Part shown: piece by piece, positions 40,385 to 54,464 of the stretch
Layout of the letters: every line of letters begins with the position of its first letter
Position numbering within the stretch: position 1 is the first letter of the stretch
DNA from: Octopus vulgaris
Taxonomy: Eukaryota
DNA: 64,000 nt
Assembly (NCBI GenBank): GCA_951406725.2
Contig: OX597832.1
Location: 53,506,001 to 53,570,000 of the forward strand
Reading direction: 5' to 3'
The notes under the pieces: model-generated
Told to the model about the DNA's origin: nothing
Databases searched by the model: none
What the model saw: the letters and a program-made list of their open reading frames with translations, nothing else
Program-made: the position numbers and the translations under genes

Positions 40385-42697
40385 AAACAAATTCAAAATG
40401 CGATAAAATCAAATTAATTGTTATCGCTGGTGTTTCTAGCACAGGCCATATATTATTCATATATAAGTACATTAAAGGCGAAGTATGTACTAGAAACACA
40501 GAAGCTTGATAAATTTAGTGAAGTGAAAATAAAAACTTTTACTAACTCTGTTCATCTTAGACTGCAGTTTCACCTTTTTCAGCAATAAAAATAATATTTA
40601 TTTACTCAGGTAGGCTCTTCAGTAAGATTCCTGTTATTATGAAGCGCAACTCGATAGACACATGTGCATCTACTAATTTGCTCTTTCTAACTAATCAGAT
40701 CACTGCGCAGACGCAGAACGAACCCGACAAACTAGGGATTTCTGGTATATAGTCTAACGCTCAAAATTTATCGAGAAATATGTAAACAAATTCAAAATGC
40801 GATAAAATCAAATTAATTGTTATCTCTGGTGTTTCTAGCACAGGCCATATATTATTCATATATAAGTACATTAAAGGCGAAGTATGTACTAGAAACACAG
40901 AAGCTTGATAAATTTAGTGAAGTGAAAATAAAAACTTTTACTAACTCTGTTCATCTTAGACTGCAGTTTCACCTTTTTCAGCAATAAAAATAATATTTAT
41001 TTACTCAGGTAGGCTCTTCAGTAAGATTCCTGTTATTATGAAGCGCAACTCGATAGACACATGTGCGTCTACTAATTTTCTCTTTCTAACTACTCAGATC
41101 ACTGAGCAGACGCAGAACGAACCCGACAAACTAGGGATTTCTGGTATATAGTCTAACGCTCAAAATTTATCGAGAAATATGTAAACAAATTCAAAATGCA
41201 ATAAAATCAAATTAATTGTTATCGCTGGTGTTTCTAGCACAGGCCATATATTATTCATATATAAGTACATTAAAGGCGAAGTATGTACTAGAAACACAGA
41301 AGCTTGATAAATTTAGTGAAGTGAAAATAAAAACTTTTACTAACTCTGTTCATCTTAGACTGCAGTTTCACCTTTTTCAGCAATAAAAATAATATTTATT
41401 TACTCAGGTAGGCTCTTCAGTAAGATTCCTGTTATTATGAAGTGCAACTCGATAGACACATGTGCGTCTACTAATTTGCTCTTTCTAACTAATCAGATCA
41501 CTGCGCAGACGCAGAACGAACCCGACAAACTAGGGATTTCTGGTATATAGTCTAACGCTCAAAATTTATCGAGAAATATGTAAACAAATTCAAAATGCAA
41601 TAAAATCAAATTAATTGTTATCGCTGGTGTTTCTAGCACAGGCCATATATTATTCATATATAAGTACATTAAAGGCGAAGCATGTACTAGAAACACAGAA
41701 GCTTGATAAATTTAGTGAAGTGAAAATAAAAACTTTTACTAACTCTGTTCATCTTAGACTGCAGTTTCACCTTTTTCAGCAATAAAAATAATATTTATTT
41801 ACTCAGGTAGGCTCTTCAGTAAGATTCCTGTTATTATGAAGCGCAACTCGATAGACACATGTGCGTCTACTAATTTGCTCTTTCTAACTAATCAGATCAC
41901 TGCGCAGATGCAGAACGAACCCGACAAACTAGGGATTTCTGGTATATAGTCTAACGCTCAAAATTTATCGAGAAATATGTAAACAAATTCAAAATGCGAT
42001 AAAATCAAATTAATTGTTATCTCTGGTGTTTCTAGCACAGGCCATATATTATTCATATATAAGTACATTAAAGGCGAAGTATGTACTAGAAACACAGAAG
42101 CTTGATAAATTTAGTGAAGTGAAAATAAAAACTTTTACTAACTCTGTTCATCTTAGACTGCAGTTTCACCTTTTTCAGCAATAAAAATAATATTTATTTA
42201 CTCAGGTAGGCTCTTCAGTAAGATTCCTGTTATTATGAAGCGCAACTCGATAGACACATGTGCGTCTACTAATTTGCTCTTTCTAACTACTCAGATCACT
42301 GAGCAGACGCAGAACGAACCCGACAAACTAGGGATTTCTGGTATATAGTCTAACGCTCAAAATTTATCGAGAAATATGTAAACAAATTCAAAATGCAATA
42401 AAATCAAATTAATTGTTATCGCTGGTGTTTCTAGCACAGGCCATATATTATTCATATATAAGTACATTAAAGGCGAAGTATGTACTAGAAACACAGAAGC
42501 TTGATAAATTTAGTGAAGTGAAAATAAAAACTTTTACTAACTCTGTTCATCTTAGACTGCAGTTTCACCTTTTTCAGCAATAAAAATAATATTTATTTAC
42601 TCAGGTAGGCTCTTCAGTAAGATTCCTGTTATTATGAAGCGCAACCCGATAGACACATGTGCGTCTACTAATTTGCTCTTTCTAACTAATCAGATCA
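40385..42697. repeat. 399-bp satellite, ~5.8 copies
   Basis: AAACAAATTCAAAATGC recurs at 40385, 40784, 41183, 41582, 41981 and 42380. Confidence 0.97.
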
Positions 42698-42737
42698 ATA
42701 CATATATATATATATATATACATATATATACATACAT

Positions 42738-44940
42738 ATGGAAGAGGTAGACCCAGGAAAACCTGTGATGTGGTGGTGAAGCACGACCTTCGAACTTTAG
42801 GTCTCACTAAGGAAATGACTAGAGACCGAGACCTATGGAAGTATGCTGTGCGTGAGAAGACCCGGCAAGACTAGTCAGGCCATAATCTGTGGCCCCTACC
42901 TGGGACATAGTCAGTCCACCTGTGCATACCTTCCTTCTTGTGACACTTGTGAAGACCTGTTGAGGCAAGTGAAAATCAAAAAATCAACAAATCAAAAATC
43001 AAAACAAATCAAAATAGATGAACATCAATGGAATTTGTATCTTTGTGGTACCAGTGCCGGTGGCACACAAGAAAACCATCCGAACGTGGCCGTAGCCATT
43101 ACTGCATCGATTGGCTTCCGTGCTGTGGGCACGTAACAAACACCATCCGATCGTGGCCGTTCGCCAGCCTCATCTGGCACCTGTGTCGGTGGCACATAAA
43201 AACACCATCCGAAGACCCGGCAAGACTAGTCAGGGCATAACCTGTGACCCCTACCTGGGACGTAGTCAGTCCACCTGTGCATACCTTCCTTCTTGTGACA
43301 CTTGTGAAGACCTGTTGAGGCAAGTAAAAATCAAAATCAAAACAAATCAAAATAGATGAACATCAATGGAATTTGTATCTTTGTGGTACCAGTGCCGGTG
43401 GCACACAAGAAAACCATCCGAACGTGGCCGTAGCCATTACTGCATCGATTGGCTTCCGTGCTGTGGGCACGTAACAAACACCATCCGATCGTGGCCGTTC
43501 GCCAGCCTCATCTGGCACTTGTGTCGGTGGCACATAACACCATCCGAAGACCCGGCAAGACTAGTCAGGCCATAACCCGTGGCCCCTACCTGGGACATAG
43601 TCAGTCCACCTGTGCATACCTTCCTTCTTGTGACACTTGTGAAGACCTGTTGAGGCAAGTGAAAATCAAAAAATCAACAAATCAAAAAATCAAAATCAAA
43701 ACAAATCAAAATAGATGAACATCAATGGAATTTGTATCTCTGTGGTACCAGTGCCGGTGGCACACATGAAAACCATCCAAACGTGGCCGTAGCCAGTACC
43801 GCATCGACTGGCCTCCGTGCTGTGGGCACATAACAAACATCATCCGATCGTGGCCGTTCGCCAGCCTCATCTGGCACCTGTGTCGGTGGCACATAAAAAC
43901 ACCATCCGAAGACCCGGCAAGACTAGTCAGGCCATAACCCGTGGCCCCTACCTGGGACGTAGTCAGTCCACCTGTGCATACCTTCCTTCTTATGACACTT
44001 GTGAAGACCTGTTGAGGCAAGTGATAATCAAATCAAATCAAAACAAATCAAAATAGATGAACATCAATGGAATTTGTATCTTTGTGGTACCAGTGCCGGT
44101 GGCACACAAGAAAACCATCCAAACGTGGCGGTAGTCAGTACCACATCGACTGGCCTCCGTGCTGTGGGCACGTAACAAACAACATCCGATCGTGGCCGTT
44201 CACCAGCCTCATCTGGCACCTGTGTCGGTGGCACATAAAAACACCATCCGAAGACCTGGCAAGACTAGTCAGGCCATAACCTGTGGCCCCTACCTGGGAC
44301 GTAGTCAGGCCATAACCCGTGGCCCCTACCTGGGACGTAGTCAGTCCACCTGTGCATACCTTCCTTCTTATGACACTTGTGAAGACCTGTTGAGGCAAGT
44401 GTGTGACACTTGTGAAGACCTGTTGAGGCAAGTGAAAATCAAAAAATCAAAATAGATGAACATCAATGGAATTTGTATCTTTGTGGTACCAGTGCCGGTG
44501 GCACACAAGAAAACCATCCGAACGTGGCCGTAGCCAGTACCGCATCGACTGGCCTCCGTGCTGTGGGCACGTAACAAACACCATCCGATCGTGGCCGTTC
44601 CCCAGCCTCATCTGGCACTTGTGTCGGTGGCACATAAAAACACCATCCGAGCGTGGCCGTCTGCCAGCCTCGTCTGGCACCTGTGTCGGTGGTACATAAA
44701 AAACACCATCCGAGCATGGCCGTTCGCCAGCCTCGTCTGGCACCTGTGTCGGTGGCACATAAAATCACCCACTACACTCTCGGAGTGGTTGGCGTTAGGA
44801 AGGGCATCCAGCTGTAGAAACACTGCCAGATCTGACTGGCCTGGTGCAGCCTTCGGGCTTGCCAGACCCCAGTTGAACCGTCCAACCCATGCTAGCATGG
44901 AAAGCGGACGTTAAACGATGATGATGATGATGATGATGAT
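42738..44940 (+). mobile_element. RTE LINE 3' end with a five-fold tandem amplification of the 3' UTR
   Basis: GRGRPRKT C-terminus; units start at 42856, 43211, 43546, 43908 and 44250; (GAT)n tail. Confidence 0.88.
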
Positions 44941-46018
44941 ATATAAATGTAAAAAGATACAAACTGGGACAAGAACGTGAAACATTTAGAAGACGATACA
45001 AAAAACACGGACGGGACATTCGAAGCCTTCAATCTTCAGTCAAGAACCGGATCATCTTCGCAATTTCAGCTGATTAATCTTGAGATTGCTCCGACCTGGC
45101 CAGCCCCAAAGGAAAATCTAAGCCAAGCACATGAGATTCCTTGGAAGAAAGCCTCGAATGTATACAAAACAAGGACGGAAAACGGACGATGTTACACGAA
45201 TAAAAATGCTAAAATACGAAAAAACAATAATGATAATAATAATAACAACAAAAACAGGACGTCACAGACAAGCGTCTTTTCGACAGGACGAGTAAATTTT
45301 TGAGCTGGCGTTAGAAAAAAGCCTTAGGGCTACAGAGGTTTCAGTCATTTTGACTACAGCTATGTTGGAGCATCACCTTTAGTCGAACAAATCCACCCCA
45401 GGACTTATTCTTCGTAAGCCTAGTACTTATTCTATCGGTCTCTTTTTGCCAAACCACTAAGTAACAGGGTGGCGATTCATTTGACTAAAAATTTCCTCAA
45501 GGTGGTGCTCCAGCATTGCCACAGTCTAATAACTGAAACAAGCAAAAGATAGAGATAAAGATATACACAAATGTCACCATTGTTTAACATCCACTTTTCA
45601 TGCTGGCATGAGTGGGACAGTCTCACAAGAGCCTACACCAGACTTCTGTGACTATTTTGGCAGGATTTTTACAGTTGGATGCCCTTCCTAACACCAACCA
45701 CTCAGTAGAGTGGACTTAGTGCTTTTTATGCGGCCCAAGCACGGACGAGGTCAGTTTTGGCAAGGTTTTTTACAGCAGGATGCCCTTCCGAACACCAACC
45801 ACTTTACAGTGTGGACTGGGTACTTTTAAATGGCACCTGCACAGACAGGGTCACCAAGTACTTGCAAGATAAGAAAAAATTATATATATACATTCCAGGT
45901 TCAGTCCCACTGCATGGCACATTGGCCATGAAGTGGCACCTTGTGCCACTATAGCCTCTGGCTGTCCAAAGCCTTGTGAATGGATTTGGCAGACGGGAAC
46001 TGAAAGAAGCCTATTGTG

Positions 46019-46049
<31 letters not shown>

Positions 46050-46889
46050 ATGTTTGTGTGTCTGTTTGTCCCCCCAACATCGCTTGACAACCGATGTTGG
46101 TGTGTTTACATCCCTGTAACTTAGAATTTTGGCAAAAGAGACCAATAGAATAAGTACTAGACATACAAAGAATAAGTCCTTGGATAAATTTGCTCGACTA
46201 AAGGTGGTGCACCAGCGTGGCCACAGTCAAATGACTGAAACAAGTAAAAGAATATATATATATATATATATGTGTGTGTGTATATATATATAAGGAAAAT
46301 AAGACAATGTAGAAAATGCTAAAATGATTTTATCATGAAGAACATTTCAGTACCGGTTTCAGTCTTTGCGATTTTTTCAACTTAGAGTAAAGCATGAAAA
46401 ACAATTAAATTGTGGAAAAATTGAATGAAATGTTTTTTAAAAATATTTCCATAGTTTTCAAATGCAAGGAACATCTTCCTTTTTTCAGTATGTCTCTGTC
46501 TCTTTTACTCTTGTGAGTTCTAGCAGCAGCTAGTAGTAGTTTGATAGGAATTCTTGTCTTTGTTTAAACAGCAGCAGCAGGTGGCGCCACCTGCATATTT
46601 GAGGAAATCTATACCCTGCCTGTTCTTATTGTGTATTGTTCATGAGCATCCGCCGCACACAATATCTACTTGCTTTGTTAACCTTCCAGAGATTCCATTG
46701 CACCTTTTATGTGTTCATAGTTTGCACTGGGTACACTACAGAATTTCCACCAACACCTTTTGTACTTATCAAATAGGACCATTTTCCCACTTATTAAAAT
46801 CTTTGCTCTTTGCTAAGTTAACTTCAAAATTTCTTGTTTCCACAACTGCAGTCTCATTTCTAGACTCTACTACAGATTCACTTATATGA

Positions 46890-47310
46890 ACAAGAGGAAC
46901 TGTTATGGCCAGGTGAACTATGATAAATAAGAGGGAGCTGAGAAGTGGACCCTGGTGAACTCATATCAGAACACTAAATTCCTTGCTATCTTCATTGCTA
47001 AATCTCACCTTACTAACAGCACCCTTGCACACGGTTTGAACACTTCTCACGAAGCATTCATTTACCACTAGCTTCCTCTTTGACTACCAGATGAAATAGT
47101 GAGGGATCTTATCAAATGCATGTCGTCAACTGCCCAGTTCAGCAGTTTATCCTTGGCCAAATACTTTACAAGTTAGAGATCATCAGTAGTGCTTCTCCCA
47201 GAAAACAAAACCAACCTGAAACCTGTCTAAGCTAACTCTCTTCCGAATTAGTTGGGTTTTAACCCCTTTTGTAACTTCCATGATGGGATCTATTAATTTA
47301 TAGGGATATC
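46890..47310 (-). mobile_element. Degenerate RTE reverse-transcriptase fragment
   Basis: HQGPLLSSLLFIIV (QG..LSP motif) and KYLAKDKL similar to the 4378 fragment. Confidence 0.55.
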
Positions 47311-48112
47311 TTTCGTTTTTTACTTGTTTCAGTCATTTGACTGTGGCCATGCTGGGGCGCTGCCTTGAAGAATTTTTCATTTGAATGATTCGAGCTCGGC
47401 ACTTATTCTTTTAAGCCTGGTGCTTATTCTATCAGTCTATTTTACTGAACTGCTAAGTAATGGGGATACAAACAAACCAACACCTACTGGAAAGTAGTGA
47501 CAGGAATTGACACAAAGATATGCACACATGGATACACACACACACACAAACGCATATGATGGGCTTCTTTCAGTTTCTCTCAGCCAATTCCACTCACAAG
47601 GCTTTCGTTGACCAAGGCTGTAGAAGAAGACACTTGCCCAAGGTGTCACACTGTGAGACTGAACTTGGAACCCTGAGGTACTGATATAACATATATATAT
47701 ACGCAAGAGTATTGTGGTTTGCTTGAAACAATGTAATATTGAATTATGTGAGAAGAGGGCAAAATAGACAGCTTCTGACAATTCGGAAAGTTTAATAAAA
47801 CCTTATCATATTTCAGGCTCATTGTTCTTTTCTTTTGAAGATAGGACTATATATATATATCATCAGCATCATCATCGTTTAACAGTTTAACGTCCGCTTT
47901 CCATGCTGGCATGGGTTGGACGGTTTGGCTGAGGATTGGCAAGCCAGGAGGCTGCACCAGACCCCCAATCTGATCTGGCAAGTTTTCTACATTTGGATGC
48001 CCTTCCCAATGCCAACCACTCTGTGAGTGTAGTGGGTGCTTTTTATGTGCCACCAACACAGGGGCCAGAGGAGACTGGCAAATGGCGACGATCATATATA
48101 TATATATATATA

Positions 48113-49700
48113 TAATTTTAATCCAAACGGGAAAACAAAAAAACAACAACAGTGGAACAATTACAGTATTATTATTAATAGGCGCTCAGGAAATATGGAA
48201 GCAGGAAGGTATGACGTTTCGAGCGGAGCTCTTCGTCGGAAACATAAAGAAGGAAGAGAGAGGAAAGAAAGATCCCAAAGCGGGCAACAGGAGATGGAGA
48301 AAAAAACGACTGGTGTTTACGAAGTCCACATGGTGAAAGGCGGAAGTTTACGATAACAAGAGCAAAGTAGGTTTTTAAAGCCAAAAGAGTGAAGACAGGG
48401 TTGGTAACGCAACAGATGTGTGTGTATGTGTGAGTGTGTGCGTGTGCATGTGTGTATGTGTGTGTGAGGCGAGATAAAAAAACAAAAAATATATGTATGT
48501 GTTAGTGTGTGCGTCTGTGTGTAGGCGTGTGGGGTAGGGCAAGACAGTAGTAGGCATAGCAGACAGTGGTCAGTAGTAAGAAAATGAAGGAAGGAGGAAG
48601 GGAGGGAGGGGAATGGGTGGGGGCGTATGTAGCGTGCCAGCGTGTGTTGAGTAGTAGTGTGTGTGTGTGTCCAGTGTCGTGGTAGTATTAATGGCGAGTA
48701 GATTGAATGTGTGTAAGAGTAATGTATATATTTAAGCAATGTGTGTGTGTGAGTGGGTGTGTATATGTGTGCGCGTGTGTGTAACAAAAAAGGGGGGGTT
48801 AAGGAAAAAGGACTCCAGCTGAGGGGTAGATGGAAGAGTGGTCCCGCGGAGACGGGCGTGGGAGAACCCAACGACAAGCGACGGTCCCAGGAACGAGCGG
48901 GAGGTCTCGTCGGGTCCAAGAGCGAGGTGCATGCAGCGCGTATGCGTGCGCGAACCGGCGCAAGCACGTGTGTGCGCGCGCCTGCGAGTATGCGCGTAAG
49001 TATGTATGTGTGTGGATGTGTGAGTGTGTCTGTGTGTATGTCTGGGTGTCAGTGTGTCCGATGAATGTATGTGAGTATGTGTGTATATATGTGTGTGCGT
49101 AGATGTATGTCCGTGTGTGTGTGTGTGTGTATGTGTATGAGTGTGTATGTATGTACGTGTGGGTGTGTGGAAGTGTGTGTATGTGCATTTGTGTGCGCGT
49201 ACATACAGGTGTGTGAGTGAGTGTGTGTGTGTGTATGTATGTGTGAGTGTGTATGTATGTGTGTGTAGGATGCATGTATGTGTATGGGTGTATGTATGTG
49301 TGTGTGTATGTATGTATGTGTACGTGCGTGTGTGTGTGTGTGTATGCGTGTAGGTGTGCGCGTGTGCATGCATGTGCGTATGTGTGTGTGTGGGTATATA
49401 TGTATGTGCGTATATGTGTGTGTATGTGCGTACATGTGTGTGTGTGTATGCATGTGTGTGTATGTAGGTGTGTAGGCGTGTGTGTATAGGTGTATGTATG
49501 TAAGTATGTATGGGTGTGTCCGTGTATGTGTGTGTATGTATGTGTGTGTATGTAGGTGTGTGGGCGTGTGTATATAGGTGTATGTATGTATGTCTGGGTG
49601 TGTCCGTGCATGTTTGTGTGTGTGTGTGTATGCTTGTGTATGTAGGTGTGTGTGTACGTGTGTAATGTATGTGTGTATGCGTGTGTGTGCGTATATATAT
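48113..49700 (-). mobile_element. CA-rich non-coding repeat element with a hammerhead-like motif (putative Penelope-derived)
   Basis: 48113-48335 matches 61290-61480 (+), 54047-54135 (+) and 5815-5900 (-); the left part of the element is a degenerate (CA)n tract with a GC-rich core at ~48790-48995. Confidence 0.55.
48209..48243 (-). ncRNA. Minimal hammerhead-ribozyme-like motif
   Basis: GTTT-CCGACGA-A-GAGC(TCC)GCTC-GAAA-C-GTC^ATAC; GUC at the predicted cleavage site. Confidence 0.45.
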
Positions 49701-49894
49701 ATTTGAGTAGTTGAATGAATTATCTTATTAAGGATAATTCGAATTAACCGATACCTGGGTAGCAAATTCACATCAGAAAAAGCAGCGGCATAATGTACTC
49801 CTTATTCCTTCGCAATTAGGAATATGTAGCCTTCGAAACATATGTCGAAAATAAAGGAATTTTGTTAATTCGTCGTTCAGCTCCATTCTTTCAT

Positions 49895-49896
49895 GT

Positions 49897-49928
<32 letters not shown>

Positions 49929-49967
49929 GTATATATGTATATGTATATATATGTATATGTATATATA

Positions 49968-50051
<84 letters not shown>

Positions 50052-50262
50052 CACATATACATATATATACATATATACATATACATACATATATATATAT
50101 ATACATATACATATATATACATATACATATATATACATATACATATATATATATACATATACATATATATACATATACATATATATACATATATATATAC
50201 ATATACATATATATACATATATATACATATACATATATATATACATATACATATATATATAC

Positions 50263-50307
<45 letters not shown>

Positions 50308-50357
50308 CATATACATATACATACACATATACATATATATACATATACATATACATA

Positions 50358-50405
<48 letters not shown>

Positions 50406-50604
50406 TATATATACATATATATACACATATACATATATATACACATATACATATATATATACACATATACATATATATACACATATACATATATATTTAC
50501 ACATATACATATATATACACATATACATATATATACACATATACATATATATACATATACATATATATATACATATACATATATATACATATACATATAT
50601 ATAC

Positions 50605-50681
<77 letters not shown>

Positions 50682-50703
50682 CACACACACATGCATATAT
50701 ATA
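49895..50703. repeat. Compound (TA)/(TACA)/(CA) microsatellite just upstream of exon 3
   Basis: Direct reading. Confidence 0.95.
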
Positions 50704-50826
50704 CTCTTTGACATGCTCACATTTCCTTTAACACTGAATTAATTATTCTTGATACAAAATTTCAAAATATTTATTTTTTAATAATCTATATTACATGTCT
50801 TGTTTTACCTTTCAAATTTATTTCAG

Positions 50827-51014
50827 TCCGATTCACTTGCCTTCAATCGAGGGATGCTCATGAATGTCGGTTTTGCGGAATCGCTCAAACTCTACAATTA
50901 TAGCTGTTTTATTTTCCATGATATTGACTTAATACCTGACAATGATAAAAACATCTATGATTGTGAAGAAACTCCAAGACATATGTCCGTTGCTGTGGAC
51001 AAAATGAAGTATAA
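50827..51014 (+). CDS. GT7 glycosyltransferase coding exon 3 (DxD motif)
   Basis: Acceptor ttttcag|, phase 0. SDSLAFNRGMLMNVGF...CFIFHDIDLIP...PRHMSVAVDKMKY. Donor AA|GTAAGT, phase 2. Confidence 0.95.
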
Positions 51015-52699
51015 GTAAGTAAACCTATCATCATCATCATCATTTAACATTCTTTTTTCCATGCTGGCATGGGTTGGACGGTTTGACAAGGACAGATGAA
51101 CCAGAGGACCCTGCTGGATGCCCTTCCTAATGCCAACTCAGAAGCGCATACTGGATGCTTTTTACGTGGCTCCGGCACTGGTAGTGCCATCAAGTACCCA
51201 CCAGATAAGACCCCGCAACCAAGCAGGATACAGACTGAAGGAATAAGGGACTATGATAGAGAGAGAGAAGCAGGTGTCTTGCTGAAGAGGTGAATGCATG
51301 ACTTGTTCACCTGGAAAGTGAGAAAGAGAGAGAGAATACGAAGAAAGAGATGCGAGGTCCAGGTACAATGTGAATACGAGACAGAATATTATACAAGAGG
51401 GGCTAAAAGGTGAATGTGTAAAAAAGTGCACTGAGTGAAAGTAGAGTGACAGATGATTGGGGATAGGGAATGAGTTGGATGTAAAGGATATCAGTTCAGT
51501 GTAGGGAGCAGTGAAGAAAATAGTGCAACTGTGAGGATTAATGGAAGAGAGTAAAACTTAATCAAATATCGTTTCCAAGGCTGAAGGACACCTAATTTCT
51601 GATAACATATTTTCGTTTGATAGTATTTGTACAAATTAATCTGTCTGAAAACTCTCCACTTGTTACTGTGATACAGAACTTGCTGTTAATTTATATCCCA
51701 AAAACCTGCAGGTATATAATAACTGTTATATCAAAGAGTAAACTAAAAACAAAAAGAAAAACTAGAAAAAAAAAGGGAGAAAAAAGAAGGTTGTCGAGAT
51801 AAGTTGAATGTTTACACAGCCTCTATGTATTTATTCATCATCATCATCATCATCATCATTTGGCATCTGTTTTCCATGGGTAAGATCATTTGGCTGGGGC
51901 TGATAAGTGAGCGAGCTGCAACAGACTTCAGTCTGGTTTCTCCAGCTGGATGCCCTTTCCAATGCCGACCACTCCATTGAGTGAGAGTGTACCGACTGTC
52001 TTTTAGGTGTCACTGGTTGGTAGAAACATGAAAATAAATTGAGCTTCCAACTTTGGTAGGCTTTTTAAAACCATTATCAACCCTATTACATCGACCCCAG
52101 TACTGGACTGCTACATATTTTATTTTCCCCAAAAGGATGAAAAGCAAAGTTGACATTGATGGAAATTGAACCCAGAACGTACAGGACGGAATGCTATTAA
52201 GCTCTTTGTCCAGCATGCTGATAATTCTGCCAGCTCACCACCTTAAATGCATGTATAATAACTATACAGCTATATCTGGCCCAAATATTCTATTTGTTTT
52301 ATGTTTAGACTGGTCAGATCTGGCCTCTCCTACCTACCCTACAGTGATATTCTAATAAATAAACAGTCACACCATTAAAGTTTTGAAGCTGCAAGATAAT
52401 GTATCATTAATTCAAAATAATGTGAATAGATAAGAATTACGTTTGACTGAGAAATATGGATGCTGAAATGTATTTTCTTTCAGACTGGTAAATTTTACAT
52501 TGGAATGAAAAAAATATAACATTTCTGGATAGTCTCTGCAAGTGTATAAAAGGAATTCCAAATGACCTGTTTGTGATAGAATATAATTCAAAATGGATGT
52601 AGTTCGTTTGAAGACAACAAAGTTTTTGTCCATTAATTTTTCTCAGAATCTGGAATGTATTATATGTAGATAGGTTTTGAAAAATTACTGGCGGATTAA

Positions 52700-52919
52700 C
52701 CCTTTCATTACCAACCCGGCTGAAACCGGCTCTGGCTCTGAGTACAAACGTCTTGTTTTTATAAGTTCTGTAATAAAATCTTCCACCAAACCTTAGTCAC
52801 AATTTATGTTCCTAACACTAGCTGAATGATAACTAAGTTATTTTACTAAATTCTTTGTTATATTTAAAATAATTGAAAGAAACACAAAGCATCTCAAAAT
52901 AAATACAGTTACAAAAGGG
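52700..52919. mobile_element. piggyBac-type MITE (same family as 11386)
   Basis: TTAA TSDs, CCCTTT TIRs, reverse complement of the 11386 copy. Confidence 0.85.
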
Positions 52920-54164
52920 TTAACCAGATTATTATGTCAAATTTAATGCTTATTTTTTCACATTGTTTGCAATCAATCATGTCTTATCTTGTAGCTTCAA
53001 TGTGATTCTTTATTTTTAGAAGGACTTCATACAATAGATGTGAGAGGCTAGAACTGACTGGTTTGGACATAAATATTTGGACTGGAATTTTGCTAGTTTA
53101 AATGTTAAAGGCACAGACTTGGGAACAAAGGGTGCAGGCGGTGCAAGCGTACCTCTTAAAAATGCTTTGAACATCCTCCAGAAAAACTTTAATGCCAAAA
53201 TGAACAAACGTAGAAACATTTTTGGACTGATTTGAAGCATTACTTTTCCATCATTGGAAAAGTAATGTTCAACCTGGCTTGAATGATGTACAAATATAAT
53301 AATAATTATTGTTATTATACCTGCATTTAAGGTGGTGAGCTGGCAGAATTATTAGCATGCTGGACAAAGAGCTTAATAGCATTCTGTCCTGTACGTTCTG
53401 GGTTCAATTTCCATCAAAGTCAACTTTGCTTTTCATCCTTTTGGGGAAAATAAGATATGTAGCAGTCTAGTACTGGGGTCAATGTAATAAATAAGTACCC
53501 ACCGCCTTAAAATTTCAGGTCTTGTGCCTTAAATAGGAAGGAGTATTATACTTGTGTTTGTTTTGATATTAAGATTAAAAACATCAATCTTGTTTGTAAA
53601 AAAGTTTGAACCTGGGCTGATAACCCCTAAGCAAATTTCATTCCCACACACAACCCTTCTCATACACACATGCAGACACACGCACACACTGCACACAAAA
53701 CACACACACACTTCAAACTACCAGTTAAACACCTTTCTACTGACCATCCTCCTATGCACATGTGAAAGTAGACAGACAAAAGACAGCCACTCCTACCAAA
53801 AATTCTTACTATAAATTCTTCCTATGACATTAAGGGACACAAAGTCCACTTACACACACACACATATAACCAGCCAAAACCACACACGCACACATACGCA
53901 CATACACATGCTATTATTACACACACACAGACCTACGCACATGCACATACTCATATACACACATATTTCATTCTCCTGCACTCTCCTCTCTTAGAAAGAA
54001 CTTTTTCTTTACCCATTCCCTTCCAGTCATTTCAAAATGTAGCCACATGTGTATCGTTGGCGATTTTCTTCCTCTGGTTCCCTTCCTTTGGACTTTCCTC
54101 TATTTCTGAAGAAGAGCTTTCCCATTCGAAATATATAGTTTTCAAAGTGACAACTAATTACTGA

Positions 54165-54464
54165 TATGATGTGACCGACCAGACCACCAGATGCTGCTAC
54201 ACATCGCTGGTTACAATGCGTTCACATTGTTTTAGCCTTTGAATGACGCCACCCCGCTGGCTAAGCAAGCAGGCCAACAGAAGAAAGAGTGAGAGAAAGT
54301 TGTGGTGAAAGAGTACAGCAGGGATTGCCACCCCCTGCCGGAGCCTCGTGGAGCTTTTAGGTGTTTTCGCTCAATAAACACTCACAACGCCCGGTCTGGG
54401 AATCGAAACCGCGATCCTGCGACCGCGAGTCCGCTGCCCTAACCACTAGGCCATTGCGCCTCCA
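54165..54464 (-). mobile_element. SINE family B (tail type 2)
   Basis: Reverse complement of the 36528 and 60837 copies. Confidence 0.8.

Noticed and set aside
40385-42697. CRISPR array or known RNA-gene cluster
   Set aside because: Whole units repeat with no unique spacers, the context is eukaryotic, and I recognise no 5S, snRNA or tRNA sequence.
49773-50742. Long YI/HT-rich ORFs (also at 13192, 32539-33692 and 48732-49771)
   Set aside because: Translations of TA/CA microsatellites.
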